A DNA stretch of 64,000 nucleotides from the NCBI GenBank assembly GCA_037447605.1, contig CM074805.1, forward strand, positions 2,513,361-2,577,360, in the 5' to 3' direction. Of the stretch, positions 1 through 12,800 are shown piece by piece. A program made the position numbers and the translations under genes. Source of the DNA: Zygnema circumcarinatum SAG 698-1b. Its lineage: Eukaryota > Plantae > Zygnematophyceae. The notes under the pieces are model-generated. The model saw only the letters and a list, made by a program, of their open reading frames with translations. It was not told where the DNA came from and ran no database searches. How positions within the stretch are numbered: the first letter of the stretch is position 1; every line of letters starts with the position of its first letter.

Positions 1-38
1 AGATCAAGATAAATCCCGACTGTGGAAATGCAACTCAC

Positions 39-3000
39 CTGAAGGATATCAATAATCCCAAAGTACAGTACCACCTGATAAGCCTCCGCCAGTTCTGGAT
101 CAGTTATGGGCTTTCGGTCCCTCCTGTCCAAACGAACAGCTGTTGCCTCCATCCCCTGCCCTAAAGTCCCTCTTGGTCTCTGAGACAATGGGTTGAATGT
201 TTCTTCTTTACTCCTTTCAGAAGAAACCTGCCGTCAAACTCCAACAAGATAACTCAGTCCAGAGTAGACCTGATCAGCACAACAAAAAGCAGCAAATGAC
301 ATACACGTGCTACGGTTTCATTTACTTTCGGCTCGTCCCGCATTCCTCATCCGGTATCCTAAGATGATTCCTGTTCTATTCTTATCTTACCAGCCCCTAC
401 TAAATATATCGTACAGCAGAATCAACAGCCATCTACTCTATCACATATTCCAACAGAGTACCCGACCTTCCGATGCTGGACCTTGCGCCTACACACACAG
501 CAAAGAAAGCTCACTTTTCCACCATTACACGTTGCAATGCAAGGACGAATCCATTTTCTCAGGGTTGACCATCCACTCTCACCATTTCTTCTCAAAACGA
601 AATCATCACTATTCTTTAGTCAGCCAACTTTAGCGCAACCTAATGAACTCCGGGGGCAGCTCCGGGAAAAACCAAACATGAGAAGGAACACGAAACGTAC
701 TGCTGCATCCCTCGCAACTTGTGTACTTGTCGGCCCATTTGAACTTTCGTCCACAGACGATCCAGCTTTGAGAATGCCTGAAAAAAAGAGCATTAAAAGA
801 GTACAAATATAAACCGGCTGACCAGCAACCCAGAGGAGCTTGTCCTGTGCGGTTCGAAGTTCATTTGCATGGCCAGATTCCTAAGTTCGATAGAAAAAGT
901 GAATGCAAACCGGCAGGCTCTCTCGTGCATCAAATGCGAATCAGATAGTGGGAGGCGGAATGGAACTGAGATAGGAGGAAGAGAGAAAAAGACGGATGAA
1001 GGAGAAGGAAAGCATTGAAGAGTGAAACCTGTTTGGTACTTTCTCCTTTCCCAAGTTAGACATCAAGAGTCCTTTGCAAACAAAGTAGAGAAAGTTCTTC
1101 CTCTTGATCTTCCTCAGCACCTCCATTTCACCATGTTTTATGCATAGCTCACTCCGAAAAACTTCTCTACTTACCGTCCTCTGTCACAGCAGGATTTAAC
1201 AAGCCCTTTTCCACCGACCCCGTTGGCCCATCCGAAATGAGGACCACAGGCGGCGGAGGTGGTTTGGCCTTGAAATGGAGCCCGAGCAGCAGGCTGTAGT
1301 CCATAATGCGCTGCTCCTCTAGGAATCGGCAATCCGCTACGATTTGGCTGCAGATAAACATGTCGTCAAGTTGTTGATTTAGTGTAAGAGTAGCTTGTCC
1401 AGAGAATGAAAGAATTACAACTCTATGTTCGAAACAAAGCGACGTCCTTCACCTAAATTTTGGACCAAGCAAATGCTGCTCTTTCATTTCAAGAAAAGAA
1501 AAAAAGAAAACTTTATCACGGTTCCCTAAATCACGGAGCACCGACAATGTCTTCAGCACAAAAGCAGTGTTGTTCAACTGAGGCTCACTCATTATGATTT
1601 TGACACCAATTGGTACTCCTTTTCTATTTCAAACCCTAACCCTGCTACGCCATACCAGGGAATGTGCGCCTGCCTGGGCATAGATCCCTATCCCCTTTTG
1701 TCGCTACAAATTTTTCAAAAAAGACAACCCTACAGTACAGCACTGGCCTTAACCATAACCAGTTTGTAAGGCTTAGGATTTCCGATGCAATCGGTTCGCG
1801 TCCCATGCAAAGCGTCACGTGCCGAAGTCCTCTGACAAATCAGAGGCATGTCCATCGTACACTAGGGAATTGCACAACGGGGCGCAATCTGGCTACTATA
1901 TAATCCCATGTCCAATTGGCAGAAATAGATCTAAGGACTGATTTCTGGGCTCTTGAAAGTAGAAAACACAGAAAGGAATGATGCGGCTATCAGTTAAAAT
2001 CGCGTGAGTATGCTGATTTGCCCTCATATGTTCGAAGGACCCCACAGAGGCAAACTGATCAAAGCATCCTCTGCGTACACCACTAGCATCCAACTGAGAG
2101 CCAACCCAAATCACTAGGCTCACCTTCAACGCTCAAAATTCAGGATTTGTAATGATTCAACTAGTGGCTACGATGGTCTATGCTTATAATATGTAGAACT
2201 ATTGCCTCTCATGGTCGTCTTTAGTTTTCTGATTCAATTCTCCTTACGGCACATAAGAACAGCCTTTGACCTGCATTCCTTTATTTGGCTTTGGAATATC
2301 TCCATCGGATTCAGTTGATCCACTATCAAGGAAATCAAGACGACTCCTTTCACTCTATGCCACACGTCTTTTCTTCTCTCAACACGCGTCAAGGAGGGGA
2401 ACAGGTAAGCAAACGAGGACAGTTCTGACGTACTCTTGCAGGACTTTCCGCTGAAAGGGAAACAGTTGAAAGGCAAGGTCGAGGTCAAGGTCCTTCAAAG
2501 TCGTGGTCTCATCAATTTCAACCTTATCAGTGCTTCGCCCATGAGAAGAGCCTTTGAGGTCAAAACGACGATGAATGCGATGTTCTGACTGCAGGAGATT
2601 GCCCATCACGACGAAGCGGACCTGCAGGAAACCAAAAGCTTCAGAGTCCATCATCAGTCATCCTCACACGACATTTGTGCTGACACGGTAATGCGACATA
2701 TTGAGATACAATATAATGGTGATAATATCTCAGCAGGAAACATGAAATCTATGATGAACTGGATGACTGGATCTCAATTCCTGCTATCGTCGGAACATCG
2801 TTGCCTACAACAGACGATTTGCTCACTACTTTCAATCCAAGTTAACCTTGGCTGTACAGTCTTTCAGACCTTCAGCTACCTTCACCATCCTTCCTTGTGG
2901 GGTTGACCAGAACACTTACTCTTTGACAAACCACCTTGCGCATTGAATTCTGAAATGGGAGCAGTAAAGGAAGCATTGTTCTAACCTTGCTTCCATGGTG

Positions 3001-6000
3001 AATCTTGACCTGATGCAGCCCAAAGAACTTTGTGAGCAGCGTGTTGGCATAGTCCTGCACGTGGCGGTAGTAGGCAGGCAGCATGCGCAGCAGGGCCTGC
3101 ATCCAAAGCCGGGGCAGGGGGGCAGCCATGTTTGATATTTAATGGTAGCATAAGCACATAGCTGGAAAGATCGAAAACAGCTGACGGATTCAAAATCCGA
3201 GAAATCAGCAGATGAAAGGAAGCATTGAAACAGAAACAGAGGAAAAGGGAAGTCTGTGGACGACAATAGCAAGAGCGTGTAAAGACAGTGTCAAAAAACA
3301 AAAGCTCAAAGAGAGGAAAGGAAGGACAAAAGGAAAACACGCACAGAAACTTCCGCCTTTCTCATCGTCTTTATGATAAAACGATCGTCATGTGAGAGAT
3401 AGAAAACGCTTCCAGACTTTCCGGGTGATGACAATTCCCGCAGTGCATCATCGCCACATAGTGAGAGCATGTAATCGGACGGGTCGATTCCAAACATGCT
3501 GCGGAGTCGCCTGTCAAAACCATCAAGCAAAACAGCCGCTATTTCGAAATTGAACTACACGAATATAAGGACAGATGCAGTTTCTGTCCGCCTTGATCTC
3601 GTTCTGCATGATTCAATAGGTGGACTGCACAATAGAATGCCATCAACTCGACTTAAGAAGGCAGCAATGACTTCTCGAGTCACTTTCTTGGTTGCTCTCA
3701 TTGCCATGGATAAAAAATTCTTAAAACTTACTGAACTGAGTACCTGGCGTTGTCTGAAACTGCCAAGAAGGAAAAGCCTCTTCTGCACGATTCCAATACT
3801 AAATGCATTGCGTCGCATAATCATACGCAAGGAAAATGGCAGGCAGCTGAACTTTCAGCTGGACGATTATGCAGAGAAACTTAGGGTCTAAAGGCCAGTA
3901 GATTTCAGGCACACAAACTGTGAAGAACATACGTGCTTACCCAGTGTGAGTAGCATAACAGGACTCACCTAAAGACCTGCGGACAAAAGTCTTTCCATCT
4001 GAACGGCTGCATAGAGTGCGAAGGGGTCTGCTGCGTGCCCTCTGGCGGAAACCGAACAGTAGTTGTCGCGGTACTGAAATCTGAGTCTTGAAGTTCACGC
4101 AGTGGTTCGCGAGTCATTCTGCCAACCGCATACCTATGAACACAACGCCCAAAACCACACACGTACGTATGGACATAAACTCTCCATATTAGGTAGGCAT
4201 CACCCAGAGCTAACATCACTTTTTTGTACGTATTCCTTGTGAAAGACACTGAAATGATTGGGATATTCGAACTTGCACTCCCTCAGCACGATTAGCACAA
4301 TGAATCAACTATCTAAGCCGAACAGCAAAACAGGAGTAGACAATCCAGACTCCTTCAGTTTCATGGAAAATGGACATAAGAATGAGCGCATAATGTATGC
4401 GTTCAGTCTTTACATGCCCTTAAAAAAAAGTTAAGCCTATATACCTTATCCCCAGCTGCAGTGTGAGCATAAGGTCGTAACTTCGATGGCCTTTAAAAAT
4501 AGTCTCTCCAGCTCTCTTTCCCTCACCTCGAAGCCCTTTCCGTTTCTGCCAACATCATGTTTAACAATGCAACTGTCATCTTTTTGGCAGACGACAAATC
4601 GATGAACTATTTACAAATCGTAAAACAACAAAGTCCTACACCGTCTCAAGCCATGGGTCTAAAGCTCAGTACCAGCAAACGACTCGCCACGCTGCTACGG
4701 AAAAGACAACAAAAACTTATGGACCATCAGTGGAGGCTTTCGCACCGGCAAGGAAGCACCCTTTGCATCTTTTGGCGTTTCAGACACCAACGAACCCTGA
4801 ACGTATTCTCGAATCAGTGGAACTCCAGGTTCAATTGCAACAGCAGGAGGTCCAGCGTGAGAGAACATGGGCCCAGAGAATATAGAGCCGGTTAACCCTT
4901 GATCACTTCCTCCTGCACGGAATAGAACGAAAAGGGCAGAACACTTGCATCAGGCAGGGGTGAAAAAAAAGCCTTCTGAGGTACACGGATCAGGCTATCA
5001 TGAGGAGGACATACACCTGTCCTAGTGGAGTTCTTCTGAAACAAACAAAAACTGATTCCACAACACACACAACCATTCGCAAAACCAAGTTTATGGGCCG
5101 CATTCCTTTACAATGATCACTCTCACCTCGTAGACCGCCTTCACCTCCATCAGAGAATCGTCTAACGCTTCCAATATCGCTCATTGACCCCCTCAGCATC
5201 GCCTTTCTGGGACCACTTGGCAGGCCCATTCCTCCTTCCCCCTCCCTTGTGAGATGCTTCCTGACAAACTCATCGCCTCCCCAGCTCATCTCACTGCTGC
5301 CCGTTCCCAGCATACCTACAGAGGTAGTTCTTGATGGCTGCCTTCCCTTCGGGGTATGCTCCCAACTACCCTCTTCTGACACAGGTAACAGCTGTCGTAC
5401 TGGCTCATAGACACCAACGACACTTTGTTGCCCCAAATCAGCTTCTTTAAGTTGTTTCTTATTCAAGTAGATATCTTCGTCACGATCATAATCACCTGCT
5501 CCATTCTGGTCAATGGCCTCTCCTTCACGATGTTCTGACGTCTCAAAGTCCAAAGAACTTAGCGAAGTAGTGCTCCCAGCTGCTCCGTCCATCACATTTC
5601 TCATCACAGCGTTTGGAGCCTGTCCTACATCCTCCCAACCTTCCTGACCTTCATCTCTACCAGGCGCGAGAGGAACTTTTGGACTGCTTACTTCTGAAGT
5701 CGATGGTGTGGAACGCAATGAATCCTCTGATTGGAGATCAGGAAGTGAGGAAGCTTGTCGGCTCAAGCCCCTATTATGATCTGTTGTTACAATCTCTTCA
5801 TCGGCACCTTTCCTTCCGTTGCTGTCAAGACTAATTTCTTCATTCGAGTGTTCAACGGCATTCGCCGATCTCCAAACTCTCGTTACCTTCTCGACTCGTA
5901 TTTCATTAAGCCGTCTAATAAACTCTGCCGCAACATTGCGAGTCACCTCCTCAGAAGCATTTAAATCCTTCTCCTTACCTTCTCTATGTCCCTGCCGAAC

Positions 6001-8038
6001 CACTTCAGGGCTTTTGGTCTCCATTCCTGTCACTAGTTCGACTGAAGTTCCCCTTTTCTGCATAAATCTACGCCTTCCATTTGAACCCTCCCCCTCCTCT
6101 TCATCCAATCCAACTGTCTTTCCAAGAAGAGGGCCAGACCGAAAATCAGGTTTTGGGGCTAAGCTTGAAACCCATAATGAATCTTGCCTGTCAAGCCTTG
6201 CCCCCAATTCTTTTGCCCCTTCACTAAGCAGCTTGTCCACGAGATTCCTGAACTCCTCCAACCCTGAGCCTCTCTTTTCTCGCCTACCTCCATCACCATC
6301 TACGCCTGGCCATGTTAACTTGCTGGCTAGTGCGTCACCTTCCAAGGTCTCCCTTTCCTCGTCTTCCACATTCTCTGCCTCGCCGACCCTTCCCTCCACT
6401 TCTACGTTCCCTTCCTTCTCATCAGGAGCTACCTTGGCACCCTCCAAACCTCCATGTCGGGCCAGTGGTGTAGTCGTTACCTTGCCTGAAGGCGAAGGGG
6501 ACTGAGTACTTTGCTTGCGGTAATCCTTTGGATAATAAATCCCAGTTCCATCCCTGAGCCCCCGACTCCACGTTCCTTCAAAGCGCGAGCCATCAGCCCC
6601 ACTGAACTCACCACTCCCATGTTCAAAACCAGCTTCCCATTCGCCATAGTAAGAATCGCCACTTGCCCAGACTAAGGTACCTATCCCAAACATAGTTCCT
6701 CCTTTCCAGTCTCCCCAATACTCCTTTCCATTTGCCCAGACATACCTTCCTACACCCTCTGCTGCATCACTTTTCCAAAACCCCTCGTAAACATCTCCAT
6801 TAGGATACTGCTTCCGGCCCAATCCTTGCTTCATCCCTGCTGCCCAATTGCCTGTATAGAACGAGTTATCGGGGCCACGGTAGCAGCCAACTCCCTGTAA
6901 GCAAATGTTGAAATCCAGTCAGCAAACGTACCTTCAGGTTTCAAACACTTGATGCTCAGAAGTCAAATAACAGCCCAACAGCAAGAGCAGAAAGTCCACG
7001 CTATCTCTCCTGGCCCAAAGGACCTTTGACAGAAGAGTTGCTTTAAGTTTCCTTAACCCGAAAAATATCCTTGAAACAAATCAGGCCGAGGTATGCTAAG
7101 GATATCAATGCTTATGAGGTCGTCGGTTCATGGCGGGCATCTTCCACAGCTCGTCCCGAAACTTCATCTACCAATCAATCTGGCGATCTGTCAATTCCTT
7201 CATTTCGATCTGGCCATGTTCTACACTAGAATGTGCGAAGGTAGCTACGATTCTCACAAAAGCTTCAAGATAATCAGGCACGGGGGACAGTCATCTTGTA
7301 TCTGGAAAATAAAGATTATTTCCTTGAGATTTAGTAGACAAGGAGGCAAAAGACTGACAATGCAATATAGCGACAAGCCTTCAAGCCAAAGAGGAGAATA
7401 GTGGAGAGAGAGTAGCGGTACAGAGGGATGAAGAAAAAAAATAGGAAAAGGAAGGAGAGTAAATCCAAAAGCTAAAATAAGAGGACACAAAGTAGAGAGG
7501 ATAGAAGACAACCAACGAAAAAAAAAAGGCCGACTGCGGCACACATCAATGTGGAAAAGAAGGATAAAGGACACCGGACTCCATGGCTCCGTCGTAGAGA
7601 CTAACTGAAACTTTATTACTAGGTAGATTCAGAAAAGAACTTCGAATATGAAACCCCCCCCCCCCCCCCCCCCCCCCCCCNNNNNNNNNNCCCCCCCCCC
7701 CCCCCCCCCCCCCGAGGGAAGGGAGATCACATATAGTTGTGGAATCGTACCTGCATAACACCTCCAACCCATTCCCCGCGATAAACTGCTCCTGATGGCT
7801 TTGTCCATTCCCCTTTGCCATGTCTTTTACCCTTCAACCACTCTCCTTCATATACACTCCCGTCCGCCCACTTGAACGTCCCCCAGCCATGCGGCTGATT
7901 CCCTGCCCACTGCCCCTGGTATTGATCTCCATTGGGATATGCCTTAAAGATTTCTCCGGCCAATTCCTTGTCTCTCGATCCTGATCCATGGCGTGATTGG
8001 CCGCTGTTTTGCACCGAGGGTTGGGGACCCGAACCCAT
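39..8038 (-). CDS. PIP5K: Phosphatidylinositol-4-phosphate 5-kinase, plant MORN-repeat type (multi-exon; 3' end runs off the window start)
   Basis: Eight MORN repeats ([11 protein letters not shown]...[14 protein letters not shown]) in exons 8038-7751 and ~6898-5148. Kinase motifs lie in spliced exons: [12 protein letters not shown] (~4800), [22 protein letters not shown] (~4510-4438), [12 protein letters not shown] (4136-3969), [28 protein letters not shown] (3510-3347), [24 protein letters not shown] (2621-2434), [12 protein letters not shown] (1346-1175) and [14 protein letters not shown] (229-39, then a GT donor). Small exons at 4560-5150 and 230-1170 are unresolved. Confidence 0.95.
7654..7713. 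repeat. Poly-C/poly-G homopolymer containing a 10-N assembly gap (7681-7690) in a PIP5K intron
   Basis: Directly visible: C-runs flank nnnnnnnnnn. The true length is unknown. Confidence 0.95.
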
Positions 8039-8959
8039 AGATGAAGTCTGTGGAATCAAGTATGCGAAGAAAAGATGAAACCCATGCGACTGGGATAAGT
8101 ATCATGGTACGAAAGCCGTGAGTTCTTTCACGGAGTTCTTACCAAAGGGCAAAGGGCAAAGGGTGATGCCGCGTGACACGAGCAAGAATCACGCGAAGAG
8201 CTTCCAGAAAGGGTGTGTTGTATCCAGCGAATGAGCGGGCGTCAACAGGCGCCTTTCAGCACGGCTTTTAAGGAAAAGGAATAGAAAGCATACCGTAGGC
8301 CCTTTTCCGTTCCTGACATGTTCCAGGAATTTCAGGCTTCTCAGTGTTTCTCAAAGAATAATTGACCCTGTCGACCGACGCCAGGTAATGTGAAAAGCAG
8401 TCCACAAAAAAAAAAAAAAAATGGCAGCATGTAAGGCGTTAGTCAATACCTCTCCTAGAAGTCCCCTAGGTCAGTTTTTGAGAAGAAAGCTCCGCGTCCA
8501 ATCGCTGGCTGCACTTGAATAAAGCCGATCATCACAGAGCAGAGAAGCATCGCCCAGCCCACGCCTCCTCTTCACTCAGGAGCCATGGCGGTCGCCAGCA
8601 TCCCTGCTACCTGCCTGCTTCCTGGAAACGCGACCTCCGCATCCGCCTCAAGGGGACGGGAGAAAGGTGGGAAGGAGCCAACTGGCCCGGGTCCTGCACG
8701 CCGTTCTATGTCCTGCAGTTCGTCTCACAGCTTCCAGTTTTTCAGCAGAAACGCGTCCACTCAATTCTCGCCACGTTGGACAGAATTTTACGAGATTGGC
8801 AGTGGCGAAAAACTCGCCGTTCTATGTAGGAACGCGTCCGGGTCGCCAACCGCCTCCAAACGGGCTTAGATGGATCTGGCTGTTGATATTCGTACAATCA
8901 GACATGGAGCCGTATGGAACTTTTTGTACGGAAGCAGTGTAAGGAACTATGGACGGAGT

Positions 8960-9664
8960 GACACGTGGCAAGTGTTAGCAAAGTGTGGTGAATCCCAAGA
9001 CCTTTGATCGTATGGATAGTGTTGTTCGATCATGTTGCTTTTTGGCGGCTGGGTTTTAGGAAGTAATTGCATTTCTGAGTTTTTTGTCAACGAAATATAC
9101 GATGGTTATGCTCCAGGTTTGTTTTGGAATAAGGATTTTTGGGATAAGTGTGTTGTGTATTGAGTGCTGATTTGAAGTGTTGGATGATAGTTGTCTATCC
9201 TCTAAGAAAAGAAAGTCCTCCAAAAAAACCCGAAGAAGTTGTGAGAGAAAAATGACTTAGTCCAACAAGTGGTATTAGAGCAGGAAACGATGATATGATT
9301 GTATTCAGTTACGTTGTTTGATGAAGCGAATTATTATTCTTGGAGTCAAAACGTGGAAGCGATGCTTGAAGCAAAGGAGCTGATGGAGTTGTTGTATGGC
9401 ATAAAAACCACACCAGAGAAAAAGAAGATCATCCAACACTTCAGATGAGCACTCAATACACAACACACTTATCCCAAAAATTCTTTATTCCAAAACAGAC
9501 CTAGAGCATAAGCATCCTATAGAGTTCTTCATCTGTCAACGTGGACTTCCTTTGTCGCATGTGGTGACGTGGCTATCCCTCATTGGTTCAAATATTGTAA
9601 AAAATAGAGGCCTTACGCCAATAGCAATGTCCCATGTGGCCACGTCACAGAAGTGACACGTGGC
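8960..9664. promoter_or_regulatory. G-box/ABRE-like ACGTGGC cluster in the PIP5K/SKI3 divergent region
   Basis: GACACGTGGC at 8960 and 9655, TGACGTGGC at ~9565 and GCCACGTCA at ~9639. Function is not shown by the sequence. Confidence 0.4.
8973..9516 (+). mobile_element. Truncated Ty1/copia LTR retrotransposon remnant (5' LTR, PBS, gag start) with an inverted duplication of part of the LTR
   Basis: Putative LTR from TGTTAG (8973) to CCAACA (9267). It is followed by AG and TGGTATTAGAGC (9270-9281), one mismatch from the tRNA-iMet PBS TGGTATCAGAGC. ATG 9290 has a stop at codon 3, then LFDEANYYSWSQNVEAMLEAKELMELLYG, which resembles the copia gag N-terminal NYxxW motif. 9428-9516 is the reverse complement of 9101-9188. 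The LTR start position is a guess. Confidence 0.7.
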
Positions 9665-9847
9665 ATGCTGGGTTTGGTTGCACGTAGCACGCAGCGGTCA
9701 CCGAGTCGGGGCTCGAACCCATGCCCTCCCAAAGGCCAAGGCCCGAAGCCCGCCAAGGCCCGAAGGCCGCCCTGCTGCTGAAGGCGCTCCGGCCCCACAC
9801 CCCCCCCCCCCTTTCCTGCGGGCTGGCTGGCTGGCTGGCTGGCAGCC

Positions 9848-12800
9848 ATGGCTGCTCCGGGGGGAGGGACCCTCAAGAGCTGCCTGCGAGGCGCGCGGGA
9901 AGCACTCACTTCCGGGGAGCCCCGGGAGGCGCTGAAGTGGTGCAAGGCGGCGCTGAAGCACGACAAGCAGTCGTATGACGCCTATTTACTGGTGGGAAAA
10001 GCTGCGTTTCAACTCAAGGAGTTCGAGCAGGCAGACATGGCGTACAGCAGAGCATGTCATATCAATGACGGTGCTCTGGCAGCCTGGCGTGTAAGCATTC
10101 CTTGCTCATTCTACCTTCCAACTAACCTGCGCGCCTTCTGGCAAACTCTGCAAACGGTCTACATAGTACCGCTGTAGTTCCAAAGCCCATTTCCACAAGG
10201 GGGTATTAGTTTTATTTTTGAGTTTGATTTTTTTTTTTTTTTTTTGTTTATGGGACGTTCAGTCCTCCCTCAAGGACTCCTTTTAACATCACCCTATGGC
10301 AGAATTGCACCAGTCACGTCTCATTAGCCTCCGCAATGACCTTTCTAAATAGCAGAGGAGCTTAGATGTGGAATTTCACCCAGCTGTATGTAATATGTGA
10401 AGTCCATGCATGTCTGTCCGCATGCAGCTCTTTACGATACCAACGTAATCTGCAAGTTGCAATTAACCCTATACCATTGGTTCAATGTGCGACAAAAATG
10501 GACATGGAACATATATATCCTACTAAGTTAAATACATTCCATCCTTTAAAGAAAATGAATGCTTAGTTCAAGAAGGTGTGAATGAAATAAAGTATTAACT
10601 GATCAATATACTCTCGTGTTGTCGAGTACGAAAGAATTGAATTTAATCAAGACAGAATAACAAGATTTTATAATGGGGTGAGTACGGAAAGGATTTGGAA
10701 CCAGCAGTTCTTATAGTGTAGCCTGGGATCAATGCGTTTTCTTCAAGGTTGAAAAAGGACATTTTTATAGAAGTTGAATTGTATCCCCATAAAATATGAG
10801 TGTAACCAGTTCGTGCACCACGATTTCAGTTAAACAAATATGACGTTTTTTTGTAATAGGCAACTTTCAAGTTACAAGTATCACATTTGTGAAATAAAGT
10901 CTCCAGAGTATGTTTCGCTCTATGCACATCTTATGGTTCACACGTGCTTACTTGATAGCTTGAACATGTTTGCATTAATGGAGGCGTCAATTCTGATCAA
11001 ATGTTTCTATCAGGCCTGGAAGGAATGGTTCCAAGGTAAAGGATTTCGTTCCATAAGTCTGCAGGGCAATTTGAAAACATTCATTACCTACCCTTCAAGT
11101 GCCTAGCCCTACCTACCCTAAGGTAAAAAGTATACAAGTAGAATTTGAAACTTGTTAAAATTTCACAAGTTATATTAACGTCGATAGAAACTAACACAAA
11201 CGTATAAGGTGAGTATCCGGCTACAAATTGTTTTCGTTGTGAGCTTCAAAACATTACGAGTCTGTATGATTACTTACGTCGTGTATGCATTGATATGATT
11301 GTACGCAAACATGCCCCTTGGCGCACTTCCTGAATTGTCGACTCCCCTAATAGCGTTAAGCGCACCTGAATTTGGGATGGGTGGGTGGTGAATGCTCCAA
11401 GCACCTCCGCTCCTTCCAACTTCATTCAGTTGTGTGGTTCTTTTTAAAGTGAACGAGACAATCTTGTTTTCCTCGCAGGGCTTAGCGGAGTTACATGGCC
11501 CTTCTGGAACCGTAGATGCCGCGAAGCTGGCGGACGCCTGTGAGCACATCATCGCCATATGCAGTCAGTCGGGGGATGGAGAGCGGGGGCTGATCCCGGA
11601 ATACAAGAAACGTTTGGCGGGTGCTTTAGCCTCTGCTGGCCGCCGAGATGAAGCGCAGATTGCATGGAAAAGCGTGGCAGACGACAGAGAAGCTAGCGCC
11701 GATTTGAAGGTAGAAGCGGTATCGCAGCTCGCCGCTTTAGCTGTCGTCGCTTATGACGAGGCGCTCGAGGCGGAGATTCACAAGAGAACAGTGATTGAGA
11801 AGAAGGCCATGAAACTAGTAAAGCGAGAAGCTGAGAATGGTCTTCTGAAAGGGGCTGCCGAGGGGGTTGATAAGGAAGTAATTCGGCAGGAAGTAGAGGC
11901 AGCTATGGCTTTGAGCAGTTTAAGCGAGGCCATGGAGTCTGCTTTACGAAAAGCATTGGAATTTGCTGGAGAAGGTCCTTCTGCAACGTTTTCTGCTTTT
12001 GACAGACGCTTATTGGTCTTGTTACTCCTTCGGATGTTCGCTCAAAGTAAGTTCGACCCTTTCTTGGTAATGTTCAACGTGAGTAAGGATAACAAAAGGT
12101 GGAAGGAGCTTAGGTAGGTTAATGAAGATAACTAATCTTATTGATTTTGGATAAAAAATTATTGTTGTCTTGGAAGAGGGGACGAGCGGCTGTCAAGTGA
12201 ATAACATTCTCTCAAATTAATATGTATTTGAGCCAGCTGTTGTCCGAACCTTTGTATTCAAATCCTTATTCCTGTGCACCACACCAGCATTGTCTGCATG
12301 TATCCTTGAGGTATTCTAGTTCCTTAAGGTCGTCGGAAGGTCCTTAAATAGAAGGTCCAATGGTTCAATTGCGAGAGAGGGTGGACGCAGTTGTGGCTGA
12401 CTCCCATACATCACTTCTCAAACAGATGTGAGCAGCGGAGATTGAACCCAATAAGGACGGGGAGGGTTGCTTGAAGCAGAGGAAGAAGCTTCCCGCAGAG
12501 CCGCGCTGGCAGCGGCCCTCGAGCACTGCCTCCAAGTCATGAAAAGCGCGCGAGGGGGGGACAGTGCACCCTATGAGGCAGCCATGGCTGCCATGCAAGA
12601 TGATGCGGCGGAAGAGCTTCTCAAGCCATGGCTGCCCCTAGAGGGGATGAAGGATGGACCGCCCTGTGAAGCTGCCATGGCGATGTGGGGATGTCAGCTC
12701 CTTCATGCCATGCCCGGCCATGGCTTAGGGCTGTTTGGGGCTGCTCTTACCATGCAGCGGAAGGCCGAGGAGCATCGGCCGAGGTAAGGGAGACGATGAA

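Noticed and set aside
5819-6505. Long antisense ORFs over large exons (5819-6505, 42310-42846, 43078-43530, 21527-22015)
   Set aside because: They are Ser-rich shadow frames opposite Glu/Gly-rich coding exons, with no independent gene signals.
9696-9775. Minus-strand GAGGGCATGGGTTCGAGCCCC resembling the variable and T arms of tRNA-Leu, next to a cUUCGg hairpin
   Set aside because: There is no D arm/A box, anticodon arm or acceptor stem. It is at most a relic. tRNAscan-SE would settle it.
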